Below, piece by piece: positions 51,906-63,200 of a stretch of 64,000 nucleotides of DNA (positions are counted from its first letter, which is position 1; every line of letters starts with the position of its first letter). The DNA is from Perkinsus chesapeaki ATCC PRA-425. Taxonomy: Eukaryota > Protista > Perkinsozoa. The DNA is taken from the NCBI GenBank assembly GCA_013115145.1, contig JAAPAO010000012.1:79563-143562 (forward strand). Direction: 5' to 3'. A program made the position numbers and the translations under genes. The notes under the pieces are model-generated. The model was not told where the DNA came from and ran no database searches. It saw only the letters and a list, made by a program, of their open reading frames with translations.

Positions 51906-52808
51906 TCAACGCTCTAATCTCTTCGAGAACCTATACAACAGCAGGGCCATGGCGCGGCCTTCAACTTGGTCGACGTGCAGGAATAGTGGGCTTCTTCTAT
52001 ATAGCCCCTTCAGCGTGCGCCGCACCTTGTCCAGGCCCTCTGCCCTCGGACACCTCTGCGCTCCAGCCTTATACACCGCCTCAATGAGTATCTCCATCCC
52101 TCTCAAAGGGACTCCCTTTATCTTCTGTTCCACCCTCATGGCCGTGATGAAAGCTCCGCAGACTGTGGCCAGGTCCCAGCGCCCAGGACGGTTATGAGTA
52201 ATCTCGTCCGATATCGCTTGCTCCAAGGCCGGATGCAGCCGAGACCGAGGCACCTTCCCACCATTGGAGAAGCCAGGGCAGTGATACCGCAGCAGAGGTC
52301 GAGGGCACCTGACGCCCCCGACGGTCAAGGGGGTGCCGGCCTGGTCCACCTCCTTCGCGAACGCTCTCGACCGAAGCTCAAATGCTTCTTGGCTGTCTCT
52401 GTGGAAAAGCCCGACGTGCTCGTCCCTTTCCCGACTGGTATCGAATACCCGAATGCACGTACGGCGCACCGGACAGGGGAACCGCCGAAGGTCGTCGAAC
52501 TCACCGGGCTCAACAGGAGCAAGGTTGAGCTCTCCCCACTCCGAATCTATGTCGCTACTCGCCCGGGTTTCCTCAGAGCGGCTCCTGCTGCGCTCTCGTC
52601 TCTGACAATGGTTCCCTCGACGCTGGCCATCCTTCCCGCGAAGGTTCGATCCCCAGTGGCGGCCTATCCGCCAGTCGTGGATCTCCGGTAACTGCGGATT
52701 CCCCCCTTCCGCTTTCACTCCCTCATCCTCCCCCACTAGATCAATCACCACCGGGTCCTCCTGCTTGAAGACCGGCCCAGAGCCCTTACCGCCGAAGCTC
52801 GACGGCAT
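51906..52808 (-). CDS. Uncharacterised intronless protein B, paralogue of A
   Basis: ORF 51906-52889 (likely start MPSSFGG at 52808). Finger CPVRRTCIRVFDTSRERDEHVGLFH. Shares GVxCPxPL, LHxxxExA, WxLAxxC and RAxxLLLxRxSxR with A. Confidence 0.75.
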   Translation of the reverse strand: MPSSFGGKGSGPVFKQEDPVVIDLVGEDEGVKAEGGNPQLPEIHDWRIGRHWGSNLRGKDGQRRGNHCQRRERSRSRSEETRASSDIDSEWGELNLAPVEPGEFDDLRRFPCPVRRTCIRVFDTSRERDEHVGLFHRDSQEAFELRSRAFAKEVDQAGTPLTVGGVRCPRPLLRYHCPGFSNGGKVPRSRLHPALEQAISDEITHNRPGRWDLATVCGAFITAMRVEQKIKGVPLRGMEILIEAVYKAGAQRCPRAEGLDKVRRTLKGLYRRSPLFLHVDQVEGRAMALLLYRFSKRLER

Positions 52809-53054
52809 TGAGAAATATAACCAATCAACTGGCATCAAGACGTGCAGCACGATGGAACACAACAGCGTCGAGGAGGACACTAGAAACATCGCTCGTACAC
52901 GAAACTAAAAACACAGCTAAAGGCTGGCCACCAGACCAGCTGCCGAGCCGACCAAAGTCAGCATCGGAAGAAGTCACTCGTGGCCACCTTGGGGTAATTA
53001 CGTTTAGTAAGGAGAACCTTCCACGAGGATCAGTTCTACCTTAATAGGGAATCT

Positions 53055-53474
53055 TCATTTCTTCACAGTGCGCTTCTTCCGGCCACCAAGTCTCGTTGGC
53101 TTCTCAATAGGATTCCCTTCACTGTCAATTTTGACACACGCCTTCCTAACCCTCTCCTCAGCCTTCTCATCCTCCCTCAACTCCCTCAGATATCTTCGCT
53201 CGGCCCGCTCTGCCGCCAGTTTGCTGCTCTTCAACTGTCGCCGATCCCTCGCCCTATAGTACGGTTTGTACGACTTGTCTCTCGGCCTCCCTCGGCAGGG
53301 CGCTCTCTCCAGACTCTCACTAGCCTCGATCTCTCGGCGTTGCGACCCGGGAAGCCTCTGTGAGGCCTCCAGGGCTCGGTCCATCACATTGGTGGTCCTG
53401 CCGATAATAACATCATCATCGGACTCCACCTCAGCCGCCTCGGCACCTTCGTCGGTGTAATGGAGATATGGCAT
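53055..53474 (-). CDS. Small basic protein C with AT-hook-like RGRP motif
   Basis: ORF 53055-53519 (start possibly MPYLHY at 53474). Contains RGRPRDKSYKPYYRARDRRQ and a basic tail GGRKKRTVKK. Confidence 0.6.
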   Translation of the reverse strand: MPYLHYTDEGAEAAEVESDDDVIIGRTTNVMDRALEASQRLPGSQRREIEASESLERAPCRGRPRDKSYKPYYRARDRRQLKSSKLAAERAERRYLRELREDEKAEERVRKACVKIDSEGNPIEKPTRLGGRKKRTVKK

Positions 53475-53712
53475 CGACCAAAAGGCGAACAGTACAACTC
53501 CAACCAAGAACTTCGCCAAGAGACAACACGGAGCTAGGAGCGTGATATTGAAACGCTTTGTAGGAAGACAGAGCCGAACGGTCGCGGAATAGGAACACTG
53601 GAGCTAATGGCGTCGATGGATTCATTTAAGTAGATTTCCGGTCAGGCGCATATAAGGGGTGAATGAAGGAATAATGGTAGTACTATCAACCATGGACAGG
53701 CAGCTCTCCAAA

Positions 53713-53952
53713 CTACTCTTCTCCACCAGCTGCCTCCTTTTTGACTTCGTCCTCCCTCTCGCTCACCCTCCTCGGTAGCGCATCCAGATCCACTTGGCGC
53801 CATGTTGGGTCCTCTCTGCTCCTCCTATACTGTCGCCTGTCCTTCCCCACGTAGTAGGGCTTGTAAGACTTGTCACGAGGCCTCCCTCGCATCGGCACTC
53901 GCCGCCGGTCCATCGCGCTCACGTCGATTGTGCGCCTCTTCACCTTCCGCAC
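53713..53952 (-). CDS. Small basic protein D (79 aa) with AT-hook-like RGRP motif, paralogue of C
   Basis: ATG-started ORF containing RGRPRDKSYKPYYVGKDRRQ. The RGRPRDKSYKPYY peptide is identical to C while the DNA differs at silent codon positions. Confidence 0.6.
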   Translation of the reverse strand: MRKVKRRTIDVSAMDRRRVPMRGRPRDKSYKPYYVGKDRRQYRRSREDPTWRQVDLDALPRRVSEREDEVKKEAAGGEE

Positions 53953-54142
53953 ATGCTTCGCGGAATCACCCGTGCCGTGCTGGTAAGATGCTCAGGAGCT
54001 CTATTCGGATGCCCTCTATCTGGGCTGCAATCCACCATCCCAAAAATGGAAACAATCTGACACCTCTAGCCACCGAAGCCCTGAACTCAACAACCAATCA
54101 CTAAGTGTAACGAAACGACGTTGTGGCTGGTAAAGTGCCACT

Positions 54143-56711
54143 TTAAGTGAAGGCAGTGACCTTCCCTGGTGGAGCCGTCAGCAGCTTCGGCAGCCTCTCC
54201 CTCCCCACCAGCCTCTCCAACTCATACCCATCGCAACTGCTATAGAGGCAGGTCGAGTAGCACTGGCTCGGCACTCGGACATCTCGGAGGAGATCCTCGT
54301 AGATCTCAGGCCTCTCTGGGACGCCATAGAAGAGGTAGTGCTGGATTCCCTTAATGCGGAGCTTCCTGTACCACAGCAGCCTCCCGCTGATGAGGATCAC
54401 CTTCTTCTGCTGAGTCAGAAAGAACTGCCGCGCCCGTCCCATCGACTTGTTCGAAGAATACTCATCGATGGCCACGAAGGACGCGTCGTTCTTCTTGAGG
54501 AAGGCTCGAAGTCGGAGGTACTCAAAGTACGAACTCACGCAGATCGCCAGACGCCCCAGACCGGAACCGATGTCCCTCCAGTACCTTTCCTCGAAGAACT
54601 TTAGGAACTTATCGGAAGCCTCCGCAGGATCGTCAACAGCCACGTGCATGAACATCTGCTTGGCGATACCGAGATTGATCGAGCACTTGGCGACCGTGCC
54701 CCGCTTGGTCGACGGCAGCATCCGCACCCAACCGCGCCAGTTGCCCTCAGCTCCCTCGGACCAAGAGTCATGTACAACCGATTCCATAACAGGGTTGTAG
54801 ACGTCTGTCAACACCACAGTCTGACGGAACCTTCTAGCGAGACCATCCGCTATCCACGGCCTCAATCTCGAGATGTCGGCGCCATCTGGCAGAGTCGAGG
54901 GCTGTACGTTGGTGACCTTGAGAATCTCCAGGACGTGATCCCAGTTCTGCATGCTCAGAATGTCCGCGCGGTCCAGCACGACCATCTCTATCGACGAGAG
55001 GAAATCAAACTCTCGTTTGGTGTCGCCCTCCGCGCCTGTGATGAGCCTGAGGCCCAACGGCGAGGCTATTATGATGTCCGAGGCGCTAAAGGGGGCGTAC
55101 AACCGTACCATTCTCCGCCCCACTTGGATGCCAACTCTGAAGTCATCGTCGTTGAAATCATCCTCGGGGAAAATCCCTTCGCGCCAGCTAGTAGCCTCCG
55201 CTTGGCTGGAGAACTCCTCATTACCGAATTGTTCATCAAATCGTTTCCGGTTCATCGTCTGTTGGTTATTAGGCGCCAGTTTCAGCAGCCACTGGACGTA
55301 CTCCCGAGCGACGTTGCGGAAGGGGCACAAGATCAGCACCCTCGGCCTGGAGAAGCCCTGGTCCCTGTAGGGGTCGGTGTCGAACTCCTCGGTCTTCTCG
55401 CCCAGCAAGGCATGCCTCCTCAGCTTTTCATTATTCTTCCAAACCGTGTTCCTCGCCCGCACTACATGGGCCATCACATGGGCCATCGCCACTTTGCGTG
55501 TTTCCCTCTCGGTCTCGTAGTTCATGCCGCCGTAGACCACATCACTGTAGGATGACAGAGCCGAGGCCAGAGCGAGTCCTTCCGAGCTCAAAGATTCATT
55601 ATAGCACCCGTGCTCCTTGAATGACCGTTCAATCTTCGGCAGCAGGTCCGCGAACCCCTCACTGGCCTCCACTCGCTCCACCATCGCCCGACTACCATGC
55701 ACCTTACAGCGATCCAGCTGCTCAGTCAACCTGAGAGTGGCGTCCATGGAGTCATCCTCTACCCTGGGAATCTCCTGAAGGTTGTATGAAGCGTAACCGA
55801 TAGCATCACTTCCCCCCTCATCTGCGTCGCTGCCCGCCTCACTGCCGCCATCTTCCTCGTCGTCCGCTACTGCTATGGTTTCATCAGGCGCGTCACCATC
55901 TGCTATTTCCCCAGCTTCACCGGCAGGTTCCTCAGAGATCTCCTCGGATTCAACTTCCCCCTCATTCTCGAAAGTATCCTCTTCAACCTCCTGAGTATCT
56001 TCTTCAAGCAAAGATTCCTCCTCGTCACTTGAGAGCCTGTCAGCGTCCACCCCCAGGGACATCAGTAACTTATCGAAGTCGCCAGGCCCGTCCTCTGGCC
56101 CCTCCGACGGAGCCGTCAGCGCTTCCCTAACAGCCGCATGGGTCGCCCTTGATGCTGCTTCTGCCGCCGCCGCAGCCTGCATCCTAGCACTTCTTAAGGC
56201 ACCTGAGAGATGCATACATCATAGCGGAAGCTACGATATATCTAGCATGGTTCAAGCTCGGATACATACAGCCCTATGGGAAGATTCATGAGCAGACACC
56301 GGGAAACATGTGAAGCGCTCTATGCATAGTCGCCGGAGTAATCATTTTATAATAGCGATGTTACCTAGGAGAGCTCAATGGAAAAGCTTATCTTATACAG
56401 ATTCAATCCACAGGGTTACATTAACCATCGGCAATGATGATGAGTAAATTTTCTACGACGAATCCTCCACTCGGTCGTCGCTGGAAATATATTCGCTGTG
56501 GATCAATGACGGCATTTTCAGAGTAATAGATCACACCGTTGGCAGCAGTGCCTTTAGCCAATATCCTCTTTCTACCCTTGGCCTCCTGCCTGGCCTTCTT
56601 GTCCAGCTTCTTTTGTTTCTTCTCCATTACATCCTCCGCATCCATCTTCCGCTTTCTCTTCTTCCCCAAAGGGTTCTTTGCCTTATTCTTGTAGTTACGA
56701 AACTTTGGCAT
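54143..56711 (-). CDS. UTP25: U3 snoRNA-associated protein 25 (UTP25/DIEXF)
   Basis: RDQGFSRPRVLILCPFRN, DDDFRVGI, LYAPFSASDIIIASPLGLR, DFLSSIEMVVLDRAD, MQNWDHV, RQTVVLT, ILISGRLLWYRK and FYGVPERPEIY. A probable Lys-rich first exon MPKFRNYKNK starts at 56711. Confidence 0.93.
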
Positions 56712-57419
56712 CAAAGCACAACCTTTTCGACAACTATCGAGCATCCCGACCCACCGACAACACAAACCTCTACTATTTGAAGATAAAAGGAAGCTCTCTA
56801 AAGATATTCCCGACAGCTCCTGGGTTCGGGAAACCTCGACGTGGTCGACGACCTGGCAAGTCTGTTCTCATCCAAATGACCGTCCAAACTGCCATCTGAC
56901 CCCGGGACGTTCGAGACGGTATTTCGCCCATGGTTCCCCTTTTTACACCACGCCTACTGCCTGTTAAGCCACGTTAATACTCCTGTTCGCTACATTCGGT
57001 CGTCTCATCGGTACACACAGGCCGCTACGTTGAGTGGTTAAATTCGCAGACTTGTACGATTGTATACATTATCCTTCTGTAAGTCTATCACTTCCAGTTC
57101 GTATTTTATTCCCAAGATCCTTCCCGTCCACGTTGCCCTCCGCGCTGGATGAGCTAGTTCTTGCATCATTTCCGTTCCTATTTGAAAGCCCGCTTCACTC
57201 AGATCTGCTAGCTGTGTGCCTTTCTGACACTGCTGTTTGCCTATACCAATACTTCCAGCATTTCACTTCGTGCGACATCGCCCCCGAAATTGCCGATAGC
57301 ACGCGCACGGTCGATCACAATGGCGGGCGCAACTAACGAAAAAACCGTTTCGCCCGCCGACTCGGCTCAGCTTTTCAGCGCAAGATATCGGTTCATTCTT
57401 CGGCCACTACTACTCGTCT

Positions 57420-59011
57420 ATGTCCACTGAAGCAGCTCCTATCAACGTTGATCCTGCATCGATCCCCGCCGATGAGGTAAAGCCTCAGCCTGCCGTCGAG
57501 CTTGACGGTCTAAGTCCTATGCCCCAGTTTGGCGAAACGCCTATGGTAACGCTTATTTGACGTTTTAATGCCCGTCATGTTCTCTTAGTCGAGAGCGCAG
57601 TGTGTTTCCAATGAGCTAGGGGTTGTCCTCAGTTTACTGTGTCTTGCTCAGGCTCCTTGGGCTGCTCAGCCTATCGCTCCTCCTCTTCCGTCTGCAAGGA
57701 ACCTAGCTCCGACTGACTTTCAACAGCAGTTCTTGAATAGCTGCTTATATACTGGCAAGAATGTTCTGGATGAAGGGGCCACAGCGTAGGTCTTTCTTAA
57801 TCTTAGAGTTGCGCAGTTTTATTCAGGTTCTCTGCTCCTGGTATCCCTGATGGCACTGATCTAATGTTCAAGGCCAACGGTACTCAGGTCGGCGGCCCCT
57901 CCTTTGCCTCGCTTCTTCAACCTCCAGCTCAACCTGACTACTTTGGTCACTTGCTTGGGCACCCTATGAACCCTACCTTGTATGAGGATGACAGCGACAA
58001 CTCTGATGTCGATGACAGCAATGACGAATGCGACGATTCCAAGTCCGTGGAAGCTACTGAGAAGAAGCCTCTTGACTCACCTAACTCGAAGGAAGAGTCT
58101 CCTGTTGGCAAAGCCAAGTATAAGGCTACTCCCGACCTTGCTTCCGCTGAGGAGGACGACGACGACGCGAGTTCCGAGGATTCTGGAGATGATGACATCG
58201 ATTACTTTGGTCACATTATGGGCCACCCTATGAACATTGGCTCTGGCTCACAGAAGACCCCTAAATCGAAAAAGAAGTCTAAGAAGAAGAAGAGCAAGAC
58301 CGAGAAAGTGGATTCTGATGAACCGCAGGTGTCTGTTCTTAATCTATTCTTGGGTGGCGTGGAAGTATGTGATCGCGATGAGAACATATCGTAAGTTCTC
58401 GCCGATCTTGTGAATTTCAGTTTCTTTTCGCGCAGGCACTTTGCGAAGAACGAAGACGACTCAAGCATGGAGATGTCGAAGGAGGAGGAAGGCCCTGTAG
58501 AGTATGGCAACAAGGAGAATGTCGACGAGGAAGAGGAAGAAAAGATCGACCAATCTGCGTTCGAAAGCAGTCCTATCAAAGATGTCTCTGCCTTGGTGGA
58601 AGAGCCGTCCAAGATCGAGCCTCCTGTCGAGTCGCCGAAGGTTAAACCAGCTGAGGAGCCTGAGAAGACGGTGGAGCCTGAGAAGACCGTCGAGCCTGTG
58701 GCGCCTCCTGTGGTTAAACAGGCCCCCGCTCCTGTGCCAGTTCCTCGTCCTATAGAGGAGGTTAAAACTGCAAGTCAGAGTCCAAAGGAACTTGTCGCCG
58801 ATATGTCGTACAAGCGACCTCAGGCGTCTACTAATAAGTAACATGGCTTTTGTTGTTCTACTGCAATTTTGCTTGTCTCAGGATTTCAACGAAGGAGAAT
58901 ATTGATAAAGTTGTCGAAGATAATGCGATCTCTGGTAGAGTTCGAAGCGGACCAGCTGCTACCACGAAGAAGAAGTCATTCTTCGGCAGCCTGTGTGGTA
59001 GCAAGAATTGA
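57420..59011 (+). CDS. Tandem family member 1: acidic protein with two DYFGHxxGHP motifs, LFLGGVEVCDR motif and C-terminal KKKSFFGSLCGSKN
   Basis: Exons read by eye: MSTEAAP...SPMPQFGETPM | APWAAQPIAPPLPS...CLY | ...QPDYFGHLLGHP...DYFGHIMGHPM...LFLGGVEVCDRDENI | acidic exon | KKKSFFGSLCGSKN*. Confidence 0.8.
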
Positions 59012-59438
59012 GTGCAAGCCATGCTCAGCTGCTTTTGCGGATGGGTTGACTGGTTAGTATTCTATTGTCTGCTGGTAAACTTCATTTCTATCAAGACCGT
59101 GATCTTGGTGGTTGCATGGTAACATGACTCACAGTACATTATTTGTTCTAATTAGACGTTCAGAAGGGAAGATGGTAAGGTGGTAGAGGTACTCGTTTCA
59201 CGCATAGCGTTGCATCCGAGTGCTTGAGCAATCTGTCGTCTGCTATGGAGGGATCCTCCTGTTGGAATCTGGCATCTGTCACTCCTTACCGTATCTCGCA
59301 TGTCTTATTATCATCGTTGGGACCGGAACTGCCAGTACTTACATGGGTATCTCCATTTTAAACTCTATTATTGCGTTATCTGTAAATTCATTATTAGCGC
59401 CTGTTCCTTTCAGCGGACTCTTCTATCGTCTATTTAAA

Positions 59439-60843
59439 ATGGCCGTTAGCGTCCAAGCTCCTGAGCAAGTTTACGAGCAGCACATTGAGTCCTACGAGGG
59501 AGCCTATACCACGAGTCCCATGCCTCAGTACGGCGATGCGCCTATGGTGGGACTTCTGCTGTGTGGTCTAATTCGCTCATTTGTCTTTTTTTAGGGAATG
59601 TGGCACTCTGTACCAATTGCGCCCCCGCTGCCCTCTGCGAGAGACATTGCTCCTATGGACTTCCAGCAAGCTTTTGTCCACAAGTGCCTCTATCCCAGCC
59701 AGAGCTTTCTCGTGTCAGAGGGGTTCGCAGAGGAGGAGAGAGAAGATGAGGAGTAAGTATTGCATTTAATTAGTGCTTTGAGAGCTCACTTTGTTCAGAG
59801 TCGTCGTCGAGACTAAGGTTCGTACTCCTAGACGACCTCGTGAACCTCAACCGGACTATTTTGGTCATCTTCTTGGTCACCCTCTTTCTGCGGACGACGA
59901 TGAGGATGAGGATGAGAAGAGCGACGATGATATCGATGCCGACCACTCTCAGGCAGAGGCTGATGTTGTCGATAATATCCCTGAAAAGCCTTGTGAGGAG
60001 TCTCCTGAAGAGCCCGAGTGTGTTCAAGAGGCACCGGAAGGCGAACCTGAAGCTGGTGACCCTGCTGTGGAGACTCCATCTGAGTCGGGCAAGGACGATG
60101 TTGTTTCTGATGACTCCACTGAAGACGCCGATGCTGATTACTTTGGGCATATAATGGGACATCCCATGGTTCACAATGGCAGTCAGCGTAAGAGCAAGAC
60201 ACCAAAGTCCAAGAAGGATATCGAGTCCAAGAAGGAAATCGAGTCGAAGACTCAAGAATCTGACTCTCAAGAGACCCAAGAATCTGTGCTTGGCTTGTTC
60301 CTAGGCGGTGTTGAAGTTTGCGACCGCGAAGAGAACATTGGGTAAGCAGGCTTAGGTGGTCTTTGAAACTCTGGTATTCATCTTCAGGAAATTCACTGCT
60401 CGCCCCGGAGAAGAGACAGCTTCAGCCGAGCCTCCCGTGAAACCAATCGAGGAGCCTGCAGTGGAAGCTGAAAAGACTCCGGAATGTGACGTTCTCGAGG
60501 AGGCTCCGGAGGTTGTGAACGAGCCCGAGTCTAGTGTCCCGGCCAAGGCTACCGAACCTACTGCACCGTCGCGCACCGAAGCAGCTGTGCCTGCTAAGCG
60601 GAACACTTCACCTCTTCCTGTTGAACAACCTTCTAGGGATCCTGAGGTCGTACAGCCTCGCTCTGTCCAAATTGAGGCTAAGGAGTAAGTCCGGTTGTTA
60701 AACTATCGCTCTTACCGTTGGCTTTCAGGTATGAAAAGGTCGCCAGGCCTCCAACGGAGTTGACGTCCTCAGGGCCGGCTAGACCTGCCGCCAAAAAGAA
60801 GTCTTTCTTTGCTGGTCTCTGCGGTAGTCGCAATCAGGACTAG
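59439..60843 (+). CDS. Tandem family member 2
   Basis: MAVSVQAPEQ...SPMPQYGDAPM | GMWHSVPIAPPLPS...KCLYPSQ | QPDYFGHLLGHP...DYFGHIMGHPM...LFLGGVEVCDREENI | acidic exon | KKKSFFAGLCGSRNQD*. Intron positions match members 1 and 3. Confidence 0.82.
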
Positions 60844-61622
60844 ATCCTCCTTCCAAGTTACAGGGACTGTGCTCTCAGTATCTCATCATGATGCATGCTA
60901 AACCGTGTACACTATACTGCGAATTAATACGAGTATCTAGGAGGCTGTCATACGCACTTGCTGTGGTGGTTTGCTTACGATGGTTCTTTCTGGAATCAGA
61001 TGTGTCATTAAACGTCAACTATTTTTCATCACTTGCCTTGTTTATCCGCTACTGATCATATTAGTATAACGGCTACCGAAAACGAGGTTTATCATGTAAC
61101 CTGGTAATGTTTGGTTTGTCAATTAGCAATTGGGATATTCCTCTTCTCTTTCCTTTTGCGTCAGGCGTACTTCACGTTTTCAGCCTTTCGGTAGACTTGG
61201 CTCTCTGGCTTCATTGTCTGTACCCGTTTTCTTCGTGCATCGCTCTCTTCCGGTTTCGGTCTTACTCTTTTGGAAGGAAATGTTGCGCTTCCTTGCATCA
61301 TTGCATTTCAATTAGATAATTATTGTCGGACGCTACATTTTTTCTGACTACGTCTATGCTTCGTTTGCTGCTTTTACCTTCCAACCTCGAAGCCTTTGTA
61401 AGTAGGTACACTGTATATCTCAGGTCAATGGGGTTCAGAAGAGCTAGTGATTAACTGCGCAACGCTGCACACTCTTGTGTCTCGACGGTTTCGTGACAGT
61501 TTCGCTGTAGTCCAGAATGGCGTAGCGAAATCATTCCTAGCTCGTTCTGTGACATGATCGCAACCATTATTCTCTATTTACTCATTTCTTCCAGTAGCTT
61601 TGCTTTCTAGCTCTCTGAAACA

Positions 61623-63200
61623 ATGGCCGTCAGCGTTGAAGCACCCAAGCAAATCAACGTAGATCAGCAGGCTGAGTCCTACAATGAAGCTAACGCCTTG
61701 AGTCCGATGGCCCAATATGGCGAAACCCCCATGGTGAGTGGTGATTAAATTATCTCAAAGTACTCTGTTTTATTTTAGGCGTTGTGGCAGTCTGTCCCTA
61801 TTGCCCCGCCTCTTCCTTCTGGTGACAACATCGCTCCTCCCGATTTTACGGAGAATTTTGTCCAGAGGTGTCTGTACCCCAGCCAAACTTTTCTAGTTTC
61901 TGAGGGATTCGCACCTGAAGAATCAAAGTGGGTTACTGATCAGTGTAATTTTTCGGTGTATTTATTTATCTTGTTAACACTGTAGGCCCGAGGAGAAGTC
62001 GCCTGAGAAGTCCGAGTCACCCGAGAAGGAACCATCCCGTCCCCGCACCCCGAAGGCTCCTCGTGAACCTCAGCCTGACTACTTCGGTCACTTGCTTGGT
62101 CATCCGTTGAGCGTTGAGGAGGAAGAGGATAGCGAAGAGGGTAGCGTCAAGGATGAACCGAAGGACGAAGTTGAGGTCGTGGAGGACAACGAAGTCAAGG
62201 ACGAGGAAAAGCCTGCTTCCCCTGGAAATGCTGATGATGAGGTGGCGGAGAAGAATGTGGTTGAAGAAACTGAGAGAACCCAGAAGGACGTCTCGGCCGA
62301 GTCTGGTGGAAAAGCTACCGAGGAGTCGCCCGCTGAAGTTGCTCAGAAGCCGGTTAATGACGATTCCGAAGTAGCTAAGAAAGAACCCTCCGAGCCAGAG
62401 GCTTCGGAAGATGGTGATGACGATGTCGACTACTTCGGCTACATCATGGGCCACCCGATGAATCGGGGAACTGGAAGCCGCAAGGTGAAGAAGGCTCGTA
62501 CTCCGGTTCCAGAAGCTTCATCTCCGGCTAAGGAAGAACCAAAGAAGGAAGAAGAGTCCCAAGACTCTCAACCGTCCGTTCTCGGACTGTTTTTGGGTGG
62601 CGTCGAAGTGTGTGATCGAGAGGAGAATATTGGGTAGGTGGTTGGGTCTTTCTTCTGGTCGAGCTAATCGCTGTTTATTTCGTATTTTTAGTCAATTCAC
62701 CTCCCGCGGCGACGAGCCTGTAGATGAAGCTGCTGACGAGAAGGTCGAGGAAGATGTTCCAGCTCCCGCTAAGGGCGAGCAAGCGCCAGTTGAGAAGTCT
62801 TGTGAAGAGGAAGGTCGCGAACAACCCCCAGCATTCACCAACGAAGAGGTTGCTGAGGTCGCTGAGCCCACTGAGACCAGTCCGGCTGATGTTCGAGTAG
62901 AAGAGGTAGCTCCCACCAAAGCTGACGAGCCTACTGAGAAGAAAGCCGAGGGCGAAGTCGAGGCAGCGGTGGAAAGAAAGTCAGATGATAAGGATCTGGA
63001 GAAGCCCGCTGAGAAATCAGAGGCCGCTGTGGGCGATAAGCAGTGAGTGTTTAGGAATTACCGTAGCGCAGCGTATGATTCTCTTCAGACCTGAGAAGAG
63101 AAGTAACGAGGTGATCGGAGCCTCTAACACTAGCAAGAAGCCGGCCAAGAAGAGCCGATCTTTCCTCGGTGGCTTATGCGGCAGCAAGACAATGGACTAG
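61623..63200 (+). CDS. Tandem family member 3
   Basis: MAVSVEAPKQ...SPMAQYGETPM | ALWQSVPIAPPLPS...RCLYPSQ | QPDYFGHLLGHP...DYFGYIMGHPM...LFLGGVEVCDREENI | acidic exon | KKSRSFLGGLCGSKTMD*. Confidence 0.82.

Noticed and set aside
52640-52665. ggttcgatcccc, resembling a tRNA T-loop (similar pieces at ~11880 and ~23605)
   Set aside because: The flanking T-stems do not pair, there is no D-arm or acceptor stem, and two of the three lie inside coding regions.
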